DNA from: Rhina ancylostomus
Taxonomy: Eukaryota
NCBI GenBank assembly: GCA_030265395.1
Contig: JARFYF010000022.1
Span: forward strand, 42,473,567-42,537,566
Direction of reading: 5' to 3'
Length of the DNA: 64,000 nt
In this document: one piece after another, positions 61,796 to 64,000 of the stretch
Numbering within the stretch: the first letter of the stretch is position 1
How the letters are laid out: each line of letters starts with the position of its first letter
Translations under genes and position numbers: made by a program
The notes under the pieces: model-generated
The model's input: the letters and a program-made list of their open reading frames with translations, nothing else
The model's database searches: none
Told to the model about the DNA's origin: nothing

Positions 61796-64000
61796 GGTGC
61801 AGAGTAGACTTGTCAATCCCCCCTCTGCATGTATTTTTTCGTAAAATATTTGGGTCTCTGCTTTAAGTTCTTGTGGCATCTTCAGCAGGGAACTTTTATT
61901 TGTCTTTAAGCATAAAGTACATCAAAATCTTTATCTTAAACATGCATTGCTTAAGTGTATATTGATTGAGTGGTCCAAATCTGATATGGATTACAATGTT
62001 AATTGTATAAGCAACTTTCTGAATTGTGATGTCTCCTTTTGAAGAATGAGTCATATTATAGAAAGAAAATGACAGCAATTCTGCAAAAATATCAACTTTA
62101 AATAGTGTCAAATGAATCCCATTAAATTGATGATCAAACAAGGCCTGGCATTATTCCCAAAATGAACTGGATGAAGCAGAACTAGAAAGATAATTGAAGT
62201 TGGTGTGCAACAATAACACCAGGAATTTCCAAAGGTGCCCCTGATGGCTGTATCAGTATTGGAGGGAATAACTAAACATAGGAAGAATTTAGTAACAATA
62301 TAAGAATCTTTCAGCTGACCCTGCTGAGCAAACAACTAGACTCTCAATTGTTGCTCAGACCTCATTTTATTAAATAGTCAAACAAAATTAAATTTTGTGA
62401 CTGTTCCATTAAATTAGACTAATGTTACAAAAAAGCTTTGCAGCATCCTCTGATTCTGTCATTCCCAGTTATAATGGTCCAATTTCTTTTAAGGGCATCA
62501 TACTGCACAAATTTTAAGCAGTTAAGTATTATTCATTCCTGAAATGTCCTTACTAATATTTGGATTGTCTAAAGCTCGCAGCAGCCAGAAAAAGACTGTG
62601 TCCATTCTAGATTCATCAGTTCAACTTCAGCAAAATTATACTTAAACCTCTTAGCGGCATTCTGCTGGCACAGGACCTGAATCTTGCTTTATGTAAGATA
62701 AGCACATGAATTTTCTATCAACCAAAGCACCTGTTAATGACAATTAAATGCAATACATATCAAAAAGGAGGAAATCAGCTGTAGTGGAAGAAACCTGTTT
62801 TCTTTCTCTATCCAAGTATGCTTGCTGGGATTAGGCATCTGGACGAGGTGAGAACAAGTCTGAGGTCAAAGATCAAATTGTTCAAATCTCCGCCCCATGC
62901 ATAATGAACACTAGGTTGAGTGATTGTAAAGCTGCCACTACCCTTTGGGAGAATGGCCGCTTTTCATTTCCCTTTCAGGTTTCAATCAGCCATACAAATA
63001 GCTTGGTGACTGGTGCATTATTAAATCAGAGAAATAGGCATTTGGACTTTTCAGTGACTCCATTCATATTTAATTGTTAATGCTTTTGTCTGAGGAAAAT
63101 AGAGGTCAAGCCTCAAGCAATGACCTTAACAGTATCAGACACTTCTTAGAAACTTGGATACCTATATTTTTCAAACTGATATCTTGTTTTCTGAAATATT
63201 CAATGTTGAGCATGAACTGTCAATTATCAACTAATTATAAAGTGATATTAAGAGTTGAAATAACTAGAAAATGTTAAGTGATCAATTCTAAATGTACTCT
63301 CTCAATCCTCTTGTCAAGAATCAACAGTGTGCTCTGATTGTTCAGATATCCCAATGATTCAACAAAAACTCGATGGGTGATGCTTCCAATTTTCCATTTA
63401 AAATCACCAGGGCCCTGTTCTCATGCTCCCATTTAAATTGACTTATTTCATTGGAAAGTGTTGGCAGAAGTTCTGCAGAACACCTTTAGTTTTACTGCAG
63501 CAGACAGAAGTATTTACCAGGAGCAATTTCTTTAAATGAGACCACAGCAATTAACCTCAAGAAAATTTTTAACCAAATGCTGCAGACTTTCAATTCCAGC
63601 TCATCTAAAACATTAGGTGGTGTATTTTAGTTTGACAAGATGTACTTTAAAGGCAATGTCACAAGTCAAGTTGAATTTGTGTTCATAAGTACAGTGAGGT
63701 ACAGGAACAATGAAACTCACAGCAGCATCACAGACACTTGGGTTCAGACAACATAGTTGAAGATAAATTGTATAGAACAGAGGAAAAGTAAATGTACACC
63801 AAAGAACATGCACCACAAACTGCATATTACTGAATGGATTCAATCCTACAATTACTTCCTTGTATATTTCCCCTTTCTAAGTATGTACACTCTTTAAAAT
63901 TCTGAATATTGTTCTATCATTCCTTTAAGTACCTTGGTGTATCTGCTATAAGTAGTCCAGGACTCTGAAACATTGAGGAGGGTGGGGCTAACTGTTCAGA

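Noticed and set aside
60320-64000. HARBI1, or the ATG13 promoter/CpG island expected from human synteny
   Set aside because: No HARBI1-like coding sequence or CpG island is visible. The acceptor at 60320 implies that upstream non-coding exon(s) exist, probably beyond the window.
1-64000. CRISPR arrays, prokaryotic operons, tRNA/rRNA/snoRNA genes
   Set aside because: This is eukaryotic intron-rich DNA with no regularly spaced repeat-spacer array. The tRNA-like boxes belong to SINE heads, and I could not support any snoRNA by eye (an Infernal/Rfam scan would be decisive).

Overview
AT-rich vertebrate genomic DNA with seven N-gaps. The repeat content (V-SINE/HE1-like SINEs, abundant CR1, Rex/Babar, Penelope-like and Harbinger relics) points to a cartilaginous fish (inference). 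The main content is the complete coding region of the autophagy gene ATG13 on the minus strand. It has 17 coding exons from ATG at 60309 to TAA at 8640-8638, all with GT-AG boundaries, reconstructed by hand against my recollection of human ATG13. The exons sum to 1657 nt, one more than a multiple of three: coding exon 13 (19163-19278) carries an apparent 1-nt frameshift, most likely an assembly error. Introns and the 3' flank are filled with decayed transposons. The most notable are a two-ORF Harbinger fossil (Myb/SANT relic plus convergent transposase relic, about 23.1-27.25 kb), a 90-bp near-perfect inverted repeat around a SINE, a Gypsy-type solo LTR with a 5-bp TSD, and a CR1 retaining ORF1. 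I found no well-supported novel biological system. Almost all six-frame ORFs are spurious or transposon-derived. Transposon boundaries are approximate and family calls come from remembered motifs, not database searches.
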